Origin: Myxococcota bacterium
Lineage (GTDB): Bacteria > Myxococcota_A > UBA796 > CAJQPC01
Length of the DNA: 64,000 nucleotides
Direction: 5' to 3'
Assembly (NCBI GenBank): GCA_036229005.1
Contig: JAZAMN010000036.1
Location: 1-64,000 of the forward strand
Below the pieces are notes generated by a model. The model was given only the letters and a program-made list of their open reading frames with translations, made no database searches and was not told where the DNA came from. Shown one piece after another: positions 1 through 9,339 of the stretch (within the stretch, counting starts at the first letter, position 1; every line of letters begins with the position of its first letter). Both the position numbers and the translations under genes were made by a program.

Positions 1-178
1 GCGGAGGGGGCTCCATCTCCTCGGGCTCGGGCTCGGGCTCGGCCTCGACAGCGGGAGCGGGGGCGGGCTCTTCGGGAGCCTCAGCGGCGGCGTCGCCGGA
101 GGACTCGGGCGGCGTCTTGTCACCACAGGCGGCGAAAAGGCCGACCGGAAGCAGCAGCCAGAGGGCGCGCATCTTCAT
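1..178 (-). CDS. Lipoprotein, 5' part only (runs off the window edge)
   Basis: Manual translation MKMRALWLLLPVGLFAACGDKTPPESS...EPEPEPEE; lipobox FAAC; AAGGAG Shine-Dalgarno upstream; Pro/Glu-rich linker. Confidence 0.75.
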   Translation of the reverse strand, partial: MKMRALWLLLPVGLFAACGDKTPPESSGDAAAEAPEEPAPAPAVEAEPEPEPEEMEPPP

Positions 179-292
179 TGGACTCTCCTTTGGGGGCGGT
201 CCCCCCAAGTGTCTGACACGTCAAGACCCTAGCGGTTTCCTGAAAGACATTCAAGTGTCGGTGCGCGCCCCATCGGCCCAAAGTGAGGCGTG

Positions 293-1348
293 TCAGCCCT
301 CGGGAGGCGCCGGCTGCGGTGCTCCGGCGGGCGCTTGCTTTCCACCCGTCAGCGCCAGGGTCACCGCCCCAAAGAGCAGGAGCAGGGTCTGCTGGAGCCG
401 CACCAGGGCAGTGACCGCCACCGCCTCGGTCTCGCTCAGGCCCGCGGTCAGGTGCAGGAAGGCCACAAAGAGCGCGTCCCAGCCGAGCTGCCCACCCGGG
501 ACGGCGAACATGGCGACGATGCCGGCCGTCGCTGCGCTGTAGGTGAACACCACCCCGGCCACCGAGAACTGGGCGCCGATGCCCCAGGCGCCGATCAGGA
601 TGCCGCCCACCACGCACGCGTGCCCACCCACCGACCACCCCATCGCCCGCAGCCAGTTGCGCGCCGGGAGCCGCGTGACCTCCTTCATGGCCAGGGCCAT
701 GCGCTGCAGCTCCTGGTCGATGCGCTCCATCGCCTTTCCCAGGCGGCCCTCACCCCGCAGCCTCCCCACCGTGTGCCGCGAGAGGCCCATCAGCAAGGCC
801 GGCCAGGCGGCTACCGCGCCCATCAGGATCGCGGCCAGCGCGATGAGCCCCCCGGCCACCCACACCAGGTTCTGGTAGTCGGGAGGGACCTGGAGCTGGC
901 CCGAGAGCTGCGCGACCACCCCCATGGCCGCCGCGGTGCTCAGACCGATGAAGCGGGCTGTGACCCCACCAGCGAGGACATTGGTGGCCGGAACCCCCCA
1001 GCGCCTCTGGGCCAGCACCGCGACCGCCAGTTCGCCAGCAGGCCCTGGGAGCGCGACGTTCAGCAGCAGCCCGGTGGTGGTGAGCAGGCCCAGTCCAGAC
1101 ACCGGCAGGTCCTCGCCGTCCGGGATCAGGGCCTTCCAGCGCGCCCCCAGGAAGAACATCCCGGAGCACATCACCGCCAGCGACAGCAGCACCGGACCGG
1201 GGCGGGTGCGGGCCCACAGGTCCGTGAGCGCCTCCGCGCCCAGCTCCGTGCGGGACAGAGCCAGCACCGCCAGGGCCATCGACCCCAGGATCAGGGCCGC
1301 GAGCCCGAGGCCCTTGCGCAGGACCTGCCTCCGGTCGGGCTCAGCCAA
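293..1348 (-). CDS. UPF0104 / lysylphosphatidylglycerol synthase-like (flippase-like) membrane protein
   Basis: Multiple TM segments with RWKALI, LNVALPGPAGE and PGGQLGWD...VRL motifs; likely TTG start at 1348 overlapping the upstream stop. Confidence 0.75.
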   Translation of the reverse strand: MAEPDRRQVLRKGLGLAALILGSMALAVLALSRTELGAEALTDLWARTRPGPVLLSLAVMCSGMFFLGARWKALIPDGEDLPVSGLGLLTTTGLLLNVALPGPAGELAVAVLAQRRWGVPATNVLAGGVTARFIGLSTAAAMGVVAQLSGQLQVPPDYQNLVWVAGGLIALAAILMGAVAAWPALLMGLSRHTVGRLRGEGRLGKAMERIDQELQRMALAMKEVTRLPARNWLRAMGWSVGGHACVVGGILIGAWGIGAQFSVAGVVFTYSAATAGIVAMFAVPGGQLGWDALFVAFLHLTAGLSETEAVAVTALVRLQQTLLLLFGAVTLALTGGKQAPAGAPQPAPPEG

Positions 1349-2519
1349 CGCGGTCCAGGAGCCCGTACTTCTTGAGCTTGTAGCGCAGGGTGTTCCGCTC
1401 GACGCCCAGCAGCTCGCCCATCTGGGTGCGGTCCCCGCCGGACTCCTCGGCGGCGCGCAGCAGCAGGCTGCGCTCGATCTGCTCCAGGTGCAGCGCCAGG
1501 GAGAAGCCATCGCCCAGGCTGGGGCCGCTGCTCTGCGCCCTGGGGCTCTGGGCGGTCTCGAAGCTGCCAAAGACCAGGGCCCGCTCCACCAGCGCGGCGA
1601 GCTCTCGCAGATTGCCGGGCCAGTCGTGGTCCTGGAGGGCGGCGAGCCGCTCCGCGCTGAGCGTGGGGGGCTGAGCGCCCAGGGCCTGTGCCCGACGCTC
1701 CAACATCCCGGCAATCAGCGCGGGCAGGTCGGCCATGCGCTGCCGCAAGGCCGGGACCGGAACCACCAGCACCGCGAGGCGGTAGTACAGGGCGCTGCTG
1801 TCGGGCTCCAGCGCGGCCTTGGCCTGCCAGTCGGCCGCAGCGGAGGCCAACACCCGCGGGCCTCCCTGGGGGGGGAGGCAGTCCAGGATCTGCAGCAGTC
1901 GGCGGTGCTGGGCCGCAGAGAGCAGGTCCACAGAAGGCAGCAGCAGGGTGCCGATCCCCTCCAGGCTCGCCGGGATCTGGTCGGGGTGACTCACGCTGAG
2001 CAGGCGCCCTTGCTGGTGCAGGCTGCGGGCCAGCTCGGCCCTGCCGCTCCCGGGCTCACCCACGAACAGCACGCTGCTGTCGACCTGCCGCAGGGCGGTG
2101 AGCTGGCGTCTCAGGTTCTGGGCAGCCGGGGACTCCCCGACCACCGCCGGCTCCAGCGAGGGCGCGGCGTGGTCCTGCGCGGGGGTGAGGATCTCCAGCA
2201 CCTTGGTCGGCGAGACGGGCTTGGTCAGGAAGTCCCGGGCGCCCTCCTGCATGGCCTGCACCGCCAGGTCCACGCTCCCAAAGCCCGTCATCAGGACCAC
2301 CTGGGGCGGCTGGGGCAGCGCCCGGGCCACCCGCAGCAGCTCCAGCCCATCCATGGGCTCCATCTTGAGGTCGGTGAACACCCAGTCCACGCCGCCAGCC
2401 TCCAGGACCTCGACCGCGGAGGGGCCATCAAACACCGCCTGCGCAGCGTGCCCGCGGCGGTTCAGCACCCGGGCCAAGGCCTGGGCGGCGCTCTGGTTGT
2501 CGTCCACGACCAGGATCAC
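1341..2519 (-). CDS. NtrC-like response regulator (REC + degenerate AAA+ + Fis HTH)
   Basis: ILVVDD...FTDLKM...KP receiver; LYYRL, LRQR and WPGNLREL motifs; C-terminal HTH LGVERNTLRYKLKKY; no GAFTGA. Confidence 0.9.
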   Translation of the reverse strand: MILVVDDNQSAAQALARVLNRRGHAAQAVFDGPSAVEVLEAGGVDWVFTDLKMEPMDGLELLRVARALPQPPQVVLMTGFGSVDLAVQAMQEGARDFLTKPVSPTKVLEILTPAQDHAAPSLEPAVVGESPAAQNLRRQLTALRQVDSSVLFVGEPGSGRAELARSLHQQGRLLSVSHPDQIPASLEGIGTLLLPSVDLLSAAQHRRLLQILDCLPPQGGPRVLASAAADWQAKAALEPDSSALYYRLAVLVVPVPALRQRMADLPALIAGMLERRAQALGAQPPTLSAERLAALQDHDWPGNLRELAALVERALVFGSFETAQSPRAQSSGPSLGDGFSLALHLEQIERSLLLRAAEESGGDRTQMGELLGVERNTLRYKLKKYGLLDRVG

Positions 2520-3826
2520 GAGGCGGCTCCGGGGAGGGTCATCAGGAAGCGGGCCCCACCCAGGGGGCTGTCGTCTACGGTTAGCGCGCCGCCGTGGGCT
2601 TCAACAACCTGGAGGGCCAGCGCCAGGCCCAGCCCGGATCCGCCGCTGCGGTGACTCACCCCGCTGCGGAAGATCTCCTCGCGCAGGGGGAGGGGGACCC
2701 CAGGGCCATCGTCCTCTACGACCACCCCGACTCCACCGTCTTCACACCGCAGGCCCAGGTGCACCGTGCTGCCCCCTGTCTCGGCGAGGACCGCGAAGGC
2801 GTTGTCCAGCAGGTTCTCCACGCAGCGGCGCAGCAGCGGCGCGTCCCCGTGCACCTGCACGGCCCCAGCCGGGAGGGCCAGGGTGAGCTCCAGGCCCGCC
2901 CGTGCGGCCCGCGGACCCTGGAGGTCGGCCACCCGCTGGAGCTGGGCCCGCAGGTCGAAGGGGGTGTGCACCAGGCGCAGCTTGCCCTTGGAGGTCAGCA
3001 GGCGCTGGACGACGGCCTCGATCAGGTCGAGCTCGGCGTGGACCTCGGTCAGGGTGGCCGCGCGCTCGCTGGCGTCCGGCTCGTGGGCCAGCAGGTCGGT
3101 GAGCATCATGGCGGACTGCAGCGGGTTGCGGACCTCGTGGGCCACGATGGCGCCGAGCTCCTCGGTCAGGGCCTGTCGCGCGGCGATCTCATCCTCCCGG
3201 TCGGCCAGCGCGCTGCTCAAGCGGTTGAGCGCCTGCTGCATGCTGCGGAGCTGCGGGTCGGAAGGGGGCGGCAGGGGCTCGGGGCGCGCCCCCTGGCCCA
3301 GCACCTCCGCGAAGCGCGCCATCTCGGAGAGGGGGGCCAGGTCCCGGCCCAGCACCAGGGTGAGGGCGAGCCCGCTGGCCAGCCCGGTGGCCAGGGCGAG
3401 CAGGGCGGCGCTTCGCAGCCTCAGGGGCAGGTCGGGGACCGCCCGCCAGCCCAGCATCGGGGTGCCCTTGGGGCTCAGGCCGCAGGCGCCGACCCAGAGC
3501 TGGCCGTCCACCCGTAGCGGGCCGACGGCGGCCAAGGGGCCCGGCGCCTCGGGCATCTCACAGCGGAGCGCCAGGCGCTCCGCGACGGGGTCGGCGAACG
3601 CGGGCAGCCTGTCCTCGCTGACGCCAGTCCAGCCGTCCAGGCCCAGAGAGGGCTCCAGATCCTGGGTGTTGAGGGAGGCGTGTACGAGGGCCGCAACGTC
3701 CTCCCTCGCCTGCTCCTTGTGGGTGTGCCCCACAAAAAAGAGCACGGGCCCGACGGTCAACAGGACCGACAGACCCGTGAGCAGGGCGGCCAGGAGCGCG
3801 ACGCGGGGGAGGGCCCCAGTGCGCAT
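2516..3826 (-). CDS. Membrane sensor histidine kinase (HAMP, HisKA, HATPase)
   Basis: Two TM segments; H-box AHEVRNPL, N-box NLLDNA, G1 EDDGPG, G2 GSGLGL; 4-nt overlap with the regulator. Confidence 0.92.
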   Translation of the reverse strand: MRTGALPRVALLAALLTGLSVLLTVGPVLFFVGHTHKEQAREDVAALVHASLNTQDLEPSLGLDGWTGVSEDRLPAFADPVAERLALRCEMPEAPGPLAAVGPLRVDGQLWVGACGLSPKGTPMLGWRAVPDLPLRLRSAALLALATGLASGLALTLVLGRDLAPLSEMARFAEVLGQGARPEPLPPPSDPQLRSMQQALNRLSSALADREDEIAARQALTEELGAIVAHEVRNPLQSAMMLTDLLAHEPDASERAATLTEVHAELDLIEAVVQRLLTSKGKLRLVHTPFDLRAQLQRVADLQGPRAARAGLELTLALPAGAVQVHGDAPLLRRCVENLLDNAFAVLAETGGSTVHLGLRCEDGGVGVVVEDDGPGVPLPLREEIFRSGVSHRSGGSGLGLALALQVVEAHGGALTVDDSPLGGARFLMTLPGAAS

Positions 3827-3828
3827 GC

Positions 3829-4083
3829 CTACATGCCGACCTGAAGGCTCGAGGTGCTGGTGTCCTCGGAGTTGGTGGTCTCGGTCTCGACGGCGGCGCG
3901 GATGAGCATGCCCTCGACCCCGGAGAGCTCGTAGAGCTCCATGTTGACGCTCTCGCGGCTGAGGTCGGCCTGCATGGAGAAGGTCTCGCTGTAGGACCGG
4001 GAGTAGTCGTACTGGAGGGTCTCGGGGTGCGCGCAGGCGGACAGGGCGCTGAGGGCGATGGCGGCGATCAGCAGGCGCTTCAT
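3829..4083 (-). CDS. Small Tad-associated lipoprotein
   Basis: MKRLLIAAIALSALSAC lipoprotein signal; AAGGAG SD; ATGA overlap with the TPR gene. Confidence 0.75.
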   Translation of the reverse strand: MKRLLIAAIALSALSACAHPETLQYDYSRSYSETFSMQADLSRESVNMELYELSGVEGMLIRAAVETETTNSEDTSTSSLQVGM

Positions 4084-4880
4084 GGCGTCTCCTTGAGGTT
4101 CGGGGTCATCCCGTCCAGAGCGGCCTGGGCCTGGGCGTGGCCCGGCACGTGCTTGAGGGCGGTCAGGAAGGACTGTTTGGCCCGCAGGGTGTCCCCGCGG
4201 GAGAGCTGGGCGACGCCCAGGTTGTACCAGGCCTCGCCCTCCAGCAGCTCGGCGTCGAAGCCCAGCGTGGGACTGAGGGCGGCCCGGAATGAGCCCAGCG
4301 CCTGGTCGTCCCGCCCCAGGGCGGCCTGGGAGAAGCCCAGGTTGTTGCGGGCGCGGCGCAGGTTGGGGTCGAGCTTGAGGGCCTCGTAGTAGGAGAGCAC
4401 CGCTTCTTCGTGCTTGTTCTCCGTGGCGAGGATGAAGCCCAGGTTGTTGTGGAGCTCGGCCAGCTCCTTGGAGTCCAGATCCCCGGGGGCGTAGCGGAGG
4501 GCCTTGCGGCAAGCGGCCTCGGCCTCGTCGAGCTCACCCAGGTCCAACTGCGCGAGACACACGACGCGGTGACGTTCGTGGTTGCGCATGTACTTGTCGT
4601 CCAGCAGCAGCACGGCGTCCAGCGGCAGGCCCTTGCCGATCAGCGCGCGGGCCTGGAGGATGTCCAGTCCAGCGCCCTGGGTGCCGGTGGAGCGGACCTC
4701 TGAGATGGCGTAGAGCGCCTTGTCGAACTGGTCCGAGTCGATGAGGACGGAGATGAGCTCGAGCTGCACGGCCTCGGACTCTGCGGCGTCCCAGGTCGAC
4801 TCCTGCGGCACAGTGTCCCGTCCCGCGAAGGCAGGGGAGGACGCCGGGCCCAGGAGCAGAGAGAGGAGCAGGGCGCGCAT
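4080..4880 (-). CDS. Secreted TPR protein, TadD-like
   Basis: Signal peptide; TPR repeats (HNNLG, ARNNLG, AWYNLG); directly after tadC. Confidence 0.75.
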   Translation of the reverse strand: MRALLLSLLLGPASSPAFAGRDTVPQESTWDAAESEAVQLELISVLIDSDQFDKALYAISEVRSTGTQGAGLDILQARALIGKGLPLDAVLLLDDKYMRNHERHRVVCLAQLDLGELDEAEAACRKALRYAPGDLDSKELAELHNNLGFILATENKHEEAVLSYYEALKLDPNLRRARNNLGFSQAALGRDDQALGSFRAALSPTLGFDAELLEGEAWYNLGVAQLSRGDTLRAKQSFLTALKHVPGHAQAQAALDGMTPNLKETP

Positions 4881-5800
4881 CAGGAGATCGCCGGGAGCAG
4901 GTTGCGGATGACCTTGATGACCGCCGGGCCGATCAGGATGATGATCAGGCAGGGCAGCATGAACATGATCATCGCCACGGTCAGCTTGGGCGAGATCTTG
5001 GCGGCGGTCTCCTCGGCGGCCTGCATGCGGCGGGTACGGACGAGCTCACCGTGGACGCGCAGGGAGCGGGCGACGGGGGTACCGAAGCGCTCGGACTGCA
5101 CCAGCACGTTCACCAGCGAGCCGATCTCGTCCAGGCCGGTGCGGAACTCCAGGCGCTCCAGGGCCTCGGAGCGGGGCACACCGGCGGAGACCTCGGCGTT
5201 GACGAGCTTGAGCTCGGCGCAGAGCAGCGGGGCGGCGTCCTCCATCTCGTTGGCGATCCGGCGGAAGGCCGCGTCCAGTCCCAGGCCGGCCTCGACGCTG
5301 GCGACCAGCATGTCCAGGGCGTCCGGGAAGGTCTTGAGCAGGGCCTCCTGACGCTTCTGCAGGGCGTTCGTGACGATGATGGCGGGCAGGTAGTAGCCGA
5401 CCGCGGCCACGACCAGCGCGATCAGGACCTGGTACACCAGCGCGAACCCGCCGGTGAACACCAGCGAGAGCAGCGGGAGGGCGATGGCGAGGGCAAAGCG
5501 GCTGGCGGAGAAGGTCTCCACGTTGTTCTGGCCGCGGAACCCGGCCTGGATGAGCCGGCGCTTGAGGGCGTCGAGCTCCTCTTCGTCCGTGGGGGCGGCG
5601 ACCTGGCTGACGGCGTAGCGCATCTTGAGGACGCGCTCGTCGGGGAGCTGGGCCTGGGGGCTGACCTCGGTGCCGTGGGTCAGGTCCTCCAGGCGGTCGC
5701 GGGCGCTGCGGCTGGGGTTCATGAAGAACCAGAGGCCCGCGCCCATCCCGACGACGGCGCAGGCGACCAGGGCAGCAGCGGCGATGACGAAGGGGCTCAT
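4880..5800 (-). CDS. tadC: Tad pilus inner membrane platform protein TadC
   Basis: FPDALDMLVASVEAGLGLDAA and QSERFGT motifs (T2SSF domain). Confidence 0.93.
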   Translation of the reverse strand: MSPFVIAAAALVACAVVGMGAGLWFFMNPSRSARDRLEDLTHGTEVSPQAQLPDERVLKMRYAVSQVAAPTDEEELDALKRRLIQAGFRGQNNVETFSASRFALAIALPLLSLVFTGGFALVYQVLIALVVAAVGYYLPAIIVTNALQKRQEALLKTFPDALDMLVASVEAGLGLDAAFRRIANEMEDAAPLLCAELKLVNAEVSAGVPRSEALERLEFRTGLDEIGSLVNVLVQSERFGTPVARSLRVHGELVRTRRMQAAEETAAKISPKLTVAMIMFMLPCLIIILIGPAVIKVIRNLLPAIS

Positions 5801-5801
5801 C

Positions 5802-6764
5802 TCAGACCTCGATCTTGGTCAGCTCGACCATCACGAACACACCCATGGTGAACCAGACCACGACGAAGCCGAGCATCGCCAGCCCCAGCGGGTCGTTGAA
5901 CAGGGGGTCCAGGTACTCTGGGCGGATCAGCTTGATGACGCCGAAGATGAAGATGGGCAGCACACCCAGGATGATGGCCGAGAAGCGGGCCTCGGCGGTG
6001 AGGGCCTTGACCTTGCCCTTGAACACGAAGCGCTTGCGGATGGTGCCGGAGATGCCCTCGAGGATCTCGATGAGGTTGCCACCGGTCTCGCGCTGGAGGA
6101 GCACGGAGGAGGCGAAGATCTTGAGGTCGAAGTTGCTGGGGTTCCGGGCGACCAGGGCCTCCATGCAGTCGCGGAAGTCGCGGCCCAGGTTGTTCTGCTC
6201 GTAGACCAGGCCGAACTCCCCGGAGATGGGCATGTCCATCTCCTCGGCGCAGCCGCGCATGGCTTCGGCGATGCCGTGGCCGGCCTGCAGGGAGCGGGCG
6301 ACCAGATCCAGCGCGTCCGGGAGCTGCTCGGTGATGCGCGCGCCGCGGGCGTCCGCCTGCGACTTGAGGAGCATCAGGGGGATGTAGGCCAGCACACCCC
6401 CCAGGAGGGAGATGGGGAGGCTCTTGAAGAGCACGCCCAGCACGGCCATACCGACCAGCGCCAGCGCCACCATGCGGACGACCAGGTTCTGGAAGGTGTA
6501 TGGCTCACCAGCGGCCATCAGGCGGCGCTGGAGGTCGCGCTCCATCTTCGCGAAGAAGTCCAGCGACTCCTCGTCCTTCTTGAGGTCGAGCGTGAAGGTC
6601 AGCTCGGCCTCGGCGCCTGAGCCCGTGCCCGTCCCCAGGCGACGGGAGAGCTCCTTGGCCTCCTGCTCACGCTGGGTCACCCGGTACCAGTAGAAGCCCT
6701 GGAAGGCCATCATGACCGCAGCGAACACCACGACGACGATGAAGATGAGGAGGGCGTTGTTCAT
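5802..6764 (-). CDS. tadB: Tad pilus inner membrane platform protein TadB
   Basis: QLPDALDLVARSLQAGH, QRETGGNL and KALTAEAR motifs. Confidence 0.93.
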   Translation of the reverse strand: MNNALLIFIVVVVFAAVMMAFQGFYWYRVTQREQEAKELSRRLGTGTGSGAEAELTFTLDLKKDEESLDFFAKMERDLQRRLMAAGEPYTFQNLVVRMVALALVGMAVLGVLFKSLPISLLGGVLAYIPLMLLKSQADARGARITEQLPDALDLVARSLQAGHGIAEAMRGCAEEMDMPISGEFGLVYEQNNLGRDFRDCMEALVARNPSNFDLKIFASSVLLQRETGGNLIEILEGISGTIRKRFVFKGKVKALTAEARFSAIILGVLPIFIFGVIKLIRPEYLDPLFNDPLGLAMLGFVVVWFTMGVFVMVELTKIEV

Positions 6765-6770
6765 GGGACC

Positions 6771-8132
6771 TCAGACCTCCATTCGGAAGCGGAAGAGGTC
6801 GGGGGGCAGGGGGATGCCGTTCCGGGCGAGCTTGTCGGCGAACTTGGGGCGGGTGCCCGTCGCGCGGAAGTGACCGCGGACCTTGCCTTCTTCGTCGATG
6901 CCGGTCTGCTCGAACACGAAGATGTCCTGCGTGGTGATGACCGGCCCCTCCATGCCCAGCACCTCGGTCACGGCGGTGATGCGGCGGGTGCCGTCGGGCA
7001 GACGGGTCTGCTGGACGATGACGTGCAGCGCGCGGGCGATCATCTCGCGGATGGTCTTGTCCGTGAGGTTGGACATGCCCATGGAGACCATGGTCTCCAT
7101 CCGGGAGAGGGCGTCGCGGGTGGTGTTGGAGTGGATGGTGCCCAGGGAGCCGTCGTGGCCGGTGTTCATGGCCTGGAGCATGTCGATGGCCTCGCTGCCA
7201 CGGATCTCGCCCAGGATGATGCGGTCCGGCCGCATACGCAGACAGTTCTTGAGCAGGTCACGCTGGTTGACCTCGCCCTTGCCCTCCAGGTTCGCGGGCC
7301 GGGTCTCCAGGCGCACCACGTGGCTCTGCTGGAGCTGGAGCTCGGCGGAGTCCTCGATCGTGATGATGCGCTCGCCTTCGGGGATGAAGGAGGAGAGGAC
7401 GTTGAGCAGGGTGGTCTTACCGGAGCCCGTACCGCCGGAGATGATGACGTTCAGGTGACTGGCGACAGCACCCCGGAGCACTTCGAGGACTGGACGGGGA
7501 CAGGATCCCAGCGCGACGAGGTCCTCGGCCATGATGGGCACGGTGCCGAAGCGACGGATGGAGACGGTGGGGCCGTCCAGCGCCAGGGGGGGGATGATGG
7601 CGTTGAAGCGGGAGCCGTCAGAGAGGCGAGCGTCCACCATCGGCGTGGTCTCATCGACGCGGCGGCCCACGGCGGAGACGATGCGGTCGATGATCTGCAT
7701 GAGGTGGCGGTTGTCCTGGAAGCGCAGGGGGTAGCGCTGCAGGTTGCCCTTCTTCTCGACGTAGACGTGGTCCGGCCCGTTGATCAGGATCTCGCTGATC
7801 TCCGGATCCCGGAGCAGGGGCTCCAGGGGGCCCAGGCCCAGGATGTCGTCCAGGATCTCCTCGACCAGGCGCTCGCGCTCCAGCCGGTTGAGGGGGAGGT
7901 TCCGGAGCTCGACCTGCTCGGTGAGGGTCGCGCGCAGGCGCGCCGCCAGCTCCTCGCGGGGGGTCTGGCTGACCTGGTCGAAGTCCAGCGACTCGATGAG
8001 CTCCTGGTGGAGCTGCTTCTTGATGCGGTCGAACTCCTCGTTCGACTGGGTCCCGCCTCCGCCGGAGGGGGCCGTGCTCTTGAAGCGCTGCTGGGCACCT
8101 CGGACGCGATCGATCAGTCTTGAGCTTCCCAT
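6771..8132 (-). CDS. tadA: Tad pilus assembly ATPase TadA/CpaF
   Basis: GLGPLEPLL, Walker [25 protein letters not shown] and AMNTGH motifs. Confidence 0.97.
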   Translation of the reverse strand: MGSSRLIDRVRGAQQRFKSTAPSGGGGTQSNEEFDRIKKQLHQELIESLDFDQVSQTPREELAARLRATLTEQVELRNLPLNRLERERLVEEILDDILGLGPLEPLLRDPEISEILINGPDHVYVEKKGNLQRYPLRFQDNRHLMQIIDRIVSAVGRRVDETTPMVDARLSDGSRFNAIIPPLALDGPTVSIRRFGTVPIMAEDLVALGSCPRPVLEVLRGAVASHLNVIISGGTGSGKTTLLNVLSSFIPEGERIITIEDSAELQLQQSHVVRLETRPANLEGKGEVNQRDLLKNCLRMRPDRIILGEIRGSEAIDMLQAMNTGHDGSLGTIHSNTTRDALSRMETMVSMGMSNLTDKTIREMIARALHVIVQQTRLPDGTRRITAVTEVLGMEGPVITTQDIFVFEQTGIDEEGKVRGHFRATGTRPKFADKLARNGIPLPPDLFRFRMEV

Positions 8133-8148
8133 CTGCGTTCCTTTGCGC

Positions 8149-9336
8149 TCAGTTGAACAGCCAGCTCAGGGCGCCGCCCTTCTTCTCTTCCGGGTTGGCG
8201 GCCTCCACGAACTCGTCGCCGTCGGTGACGATGGACACCATGTTGGAGATGTCCGAGGCCACGGGGCTCTTCTTGTTGACCTCTCGGACAAGGCGCCCTT
8301 CGTTCACGGCCTGGGACACGGTTTTCCAGTCGTTCTGGATGACGGCCGCCACCTTGGTCTGGAGGTTGCCCTCGATGTCCGAGACGCTGAGCTGGGAGCG
8401 CTTCTCGTGGCGGTTGATCACCAGCCGGACGCGCTTGCGGTCGATGCCGATGCGCTCGAAGAGCTGCAGGCGACGCCAGGCGTTCTTGATGGAGGGGACA
8501 TCCGGCGAGGCCACCAGCAGGATCATGTCCGCGACCGTGATGGTCGTGAGGGTGGCCTCGTTCAAGGCGGTGCCCACGTCGATCATGCAGTACTGGTAGG
8601 ACTCCGCGGAGATCTGGAGCAGCCGCAGGACGCTGTCGCCCTTGATCTCCTCCTGCTCGTCGATCTCGTTGGGCTGCGCGATGACGTGCACCTTGGACTT
8701 GTGCACGGCCACACTGCCGGCCAGCACGCGCTCATCGAGACGGTCCAGATCCGCGAGCAGGTCCGCGATGGAGCGCTTGGGCTTGAGGTCCAGGAAGCTG
8801 GCGACGTCGCCCATGGAGAAGTTCAGGTCCACCGCGACGACGCGGTGGATGGGGCACAGCTCCGCGGCGAGGTTGATCGCCACGGTGGTGCACCCTGCGC
8901 CGCCCTTGGCGCCGCAGACGACGATGATCTCACCGCGGTCCTCGGCGTCGTCCCCGGCGCTGTAGAGCGCCTCGTGGACGGCCTGCCGCAGCAGATCCCC
9001 GTCGTCGGGCAGCACCACGTACTCGCGGTAGCCCGCGCGCATGGCGGCGCGGATCTTGTCGGGGTCCGAGCCCGAGCTGAGGGCGACCAGGGTCAGGTTG
9101 GGCATGTCCGAGCTCAGCTCGTTGCCCAGCCGGACGGCCTCCTCGTAGTCGTTGTCAAAGCCGACGATCAGGGCGCTCGGGCGCCCCCTGCGGGCCTCGC
9201 CGTAGGCCTGGTCGTAGTCCAGGGACGCGGGAGGGAGCACAGCGTCTGCGCCCAGGGCCTCCCGGAGCTGTCCCATGCCGGTGCGATCGACGCCGGCGAT
9301 GAGGATGTTCGAGTTGCTGCTGCCGAAGTTCCGCAT
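8149..9336 (-). CDS. cpaE: Pilus localisation ATPase CpaE/TadZ (atypical REC + MinD/ParA-like)
   Basis: AMRAGYREY atypical receiver; deviant Walker A KGGAGCTT; position in tad cluster. Confidence 0.9.
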   Translation of the reverse strand: MRNFGSSNSNILIAGVDRTGMGQLREALGADAVLPPASLDYDQAYGEARRGRPSALIVGFDNDYEEAVRLGNELSSDMPNLTLVALSSGSDPDKIRAAMRAGYREYVVLPDDGDLLRQAVHEALYSAGDDAEDRGEIIVVCGAKGGAGCTTVAINLAAELCPIHRVVAVDLNFSMGDVASFLDLKPKRSIADLLADLDRLDERVLAGSVAVHKSKVHVIAQPNEIDEQEEIKGDSVLRLLQISAESYQYCMIDVGTALNEATLTTITVADMILLVASPDVPSIKNAWRRLQLFERIGIDRKRVRLVINRHEKRSQLSVSDIEGNLQTKVAAVIQNDWKTVSQAVNEGRLVREVNKKSPVASDISNMVSIVTDGDEFVEAANPEEKKGGALSWLFN

Positions 9337-9339
9337 CGT

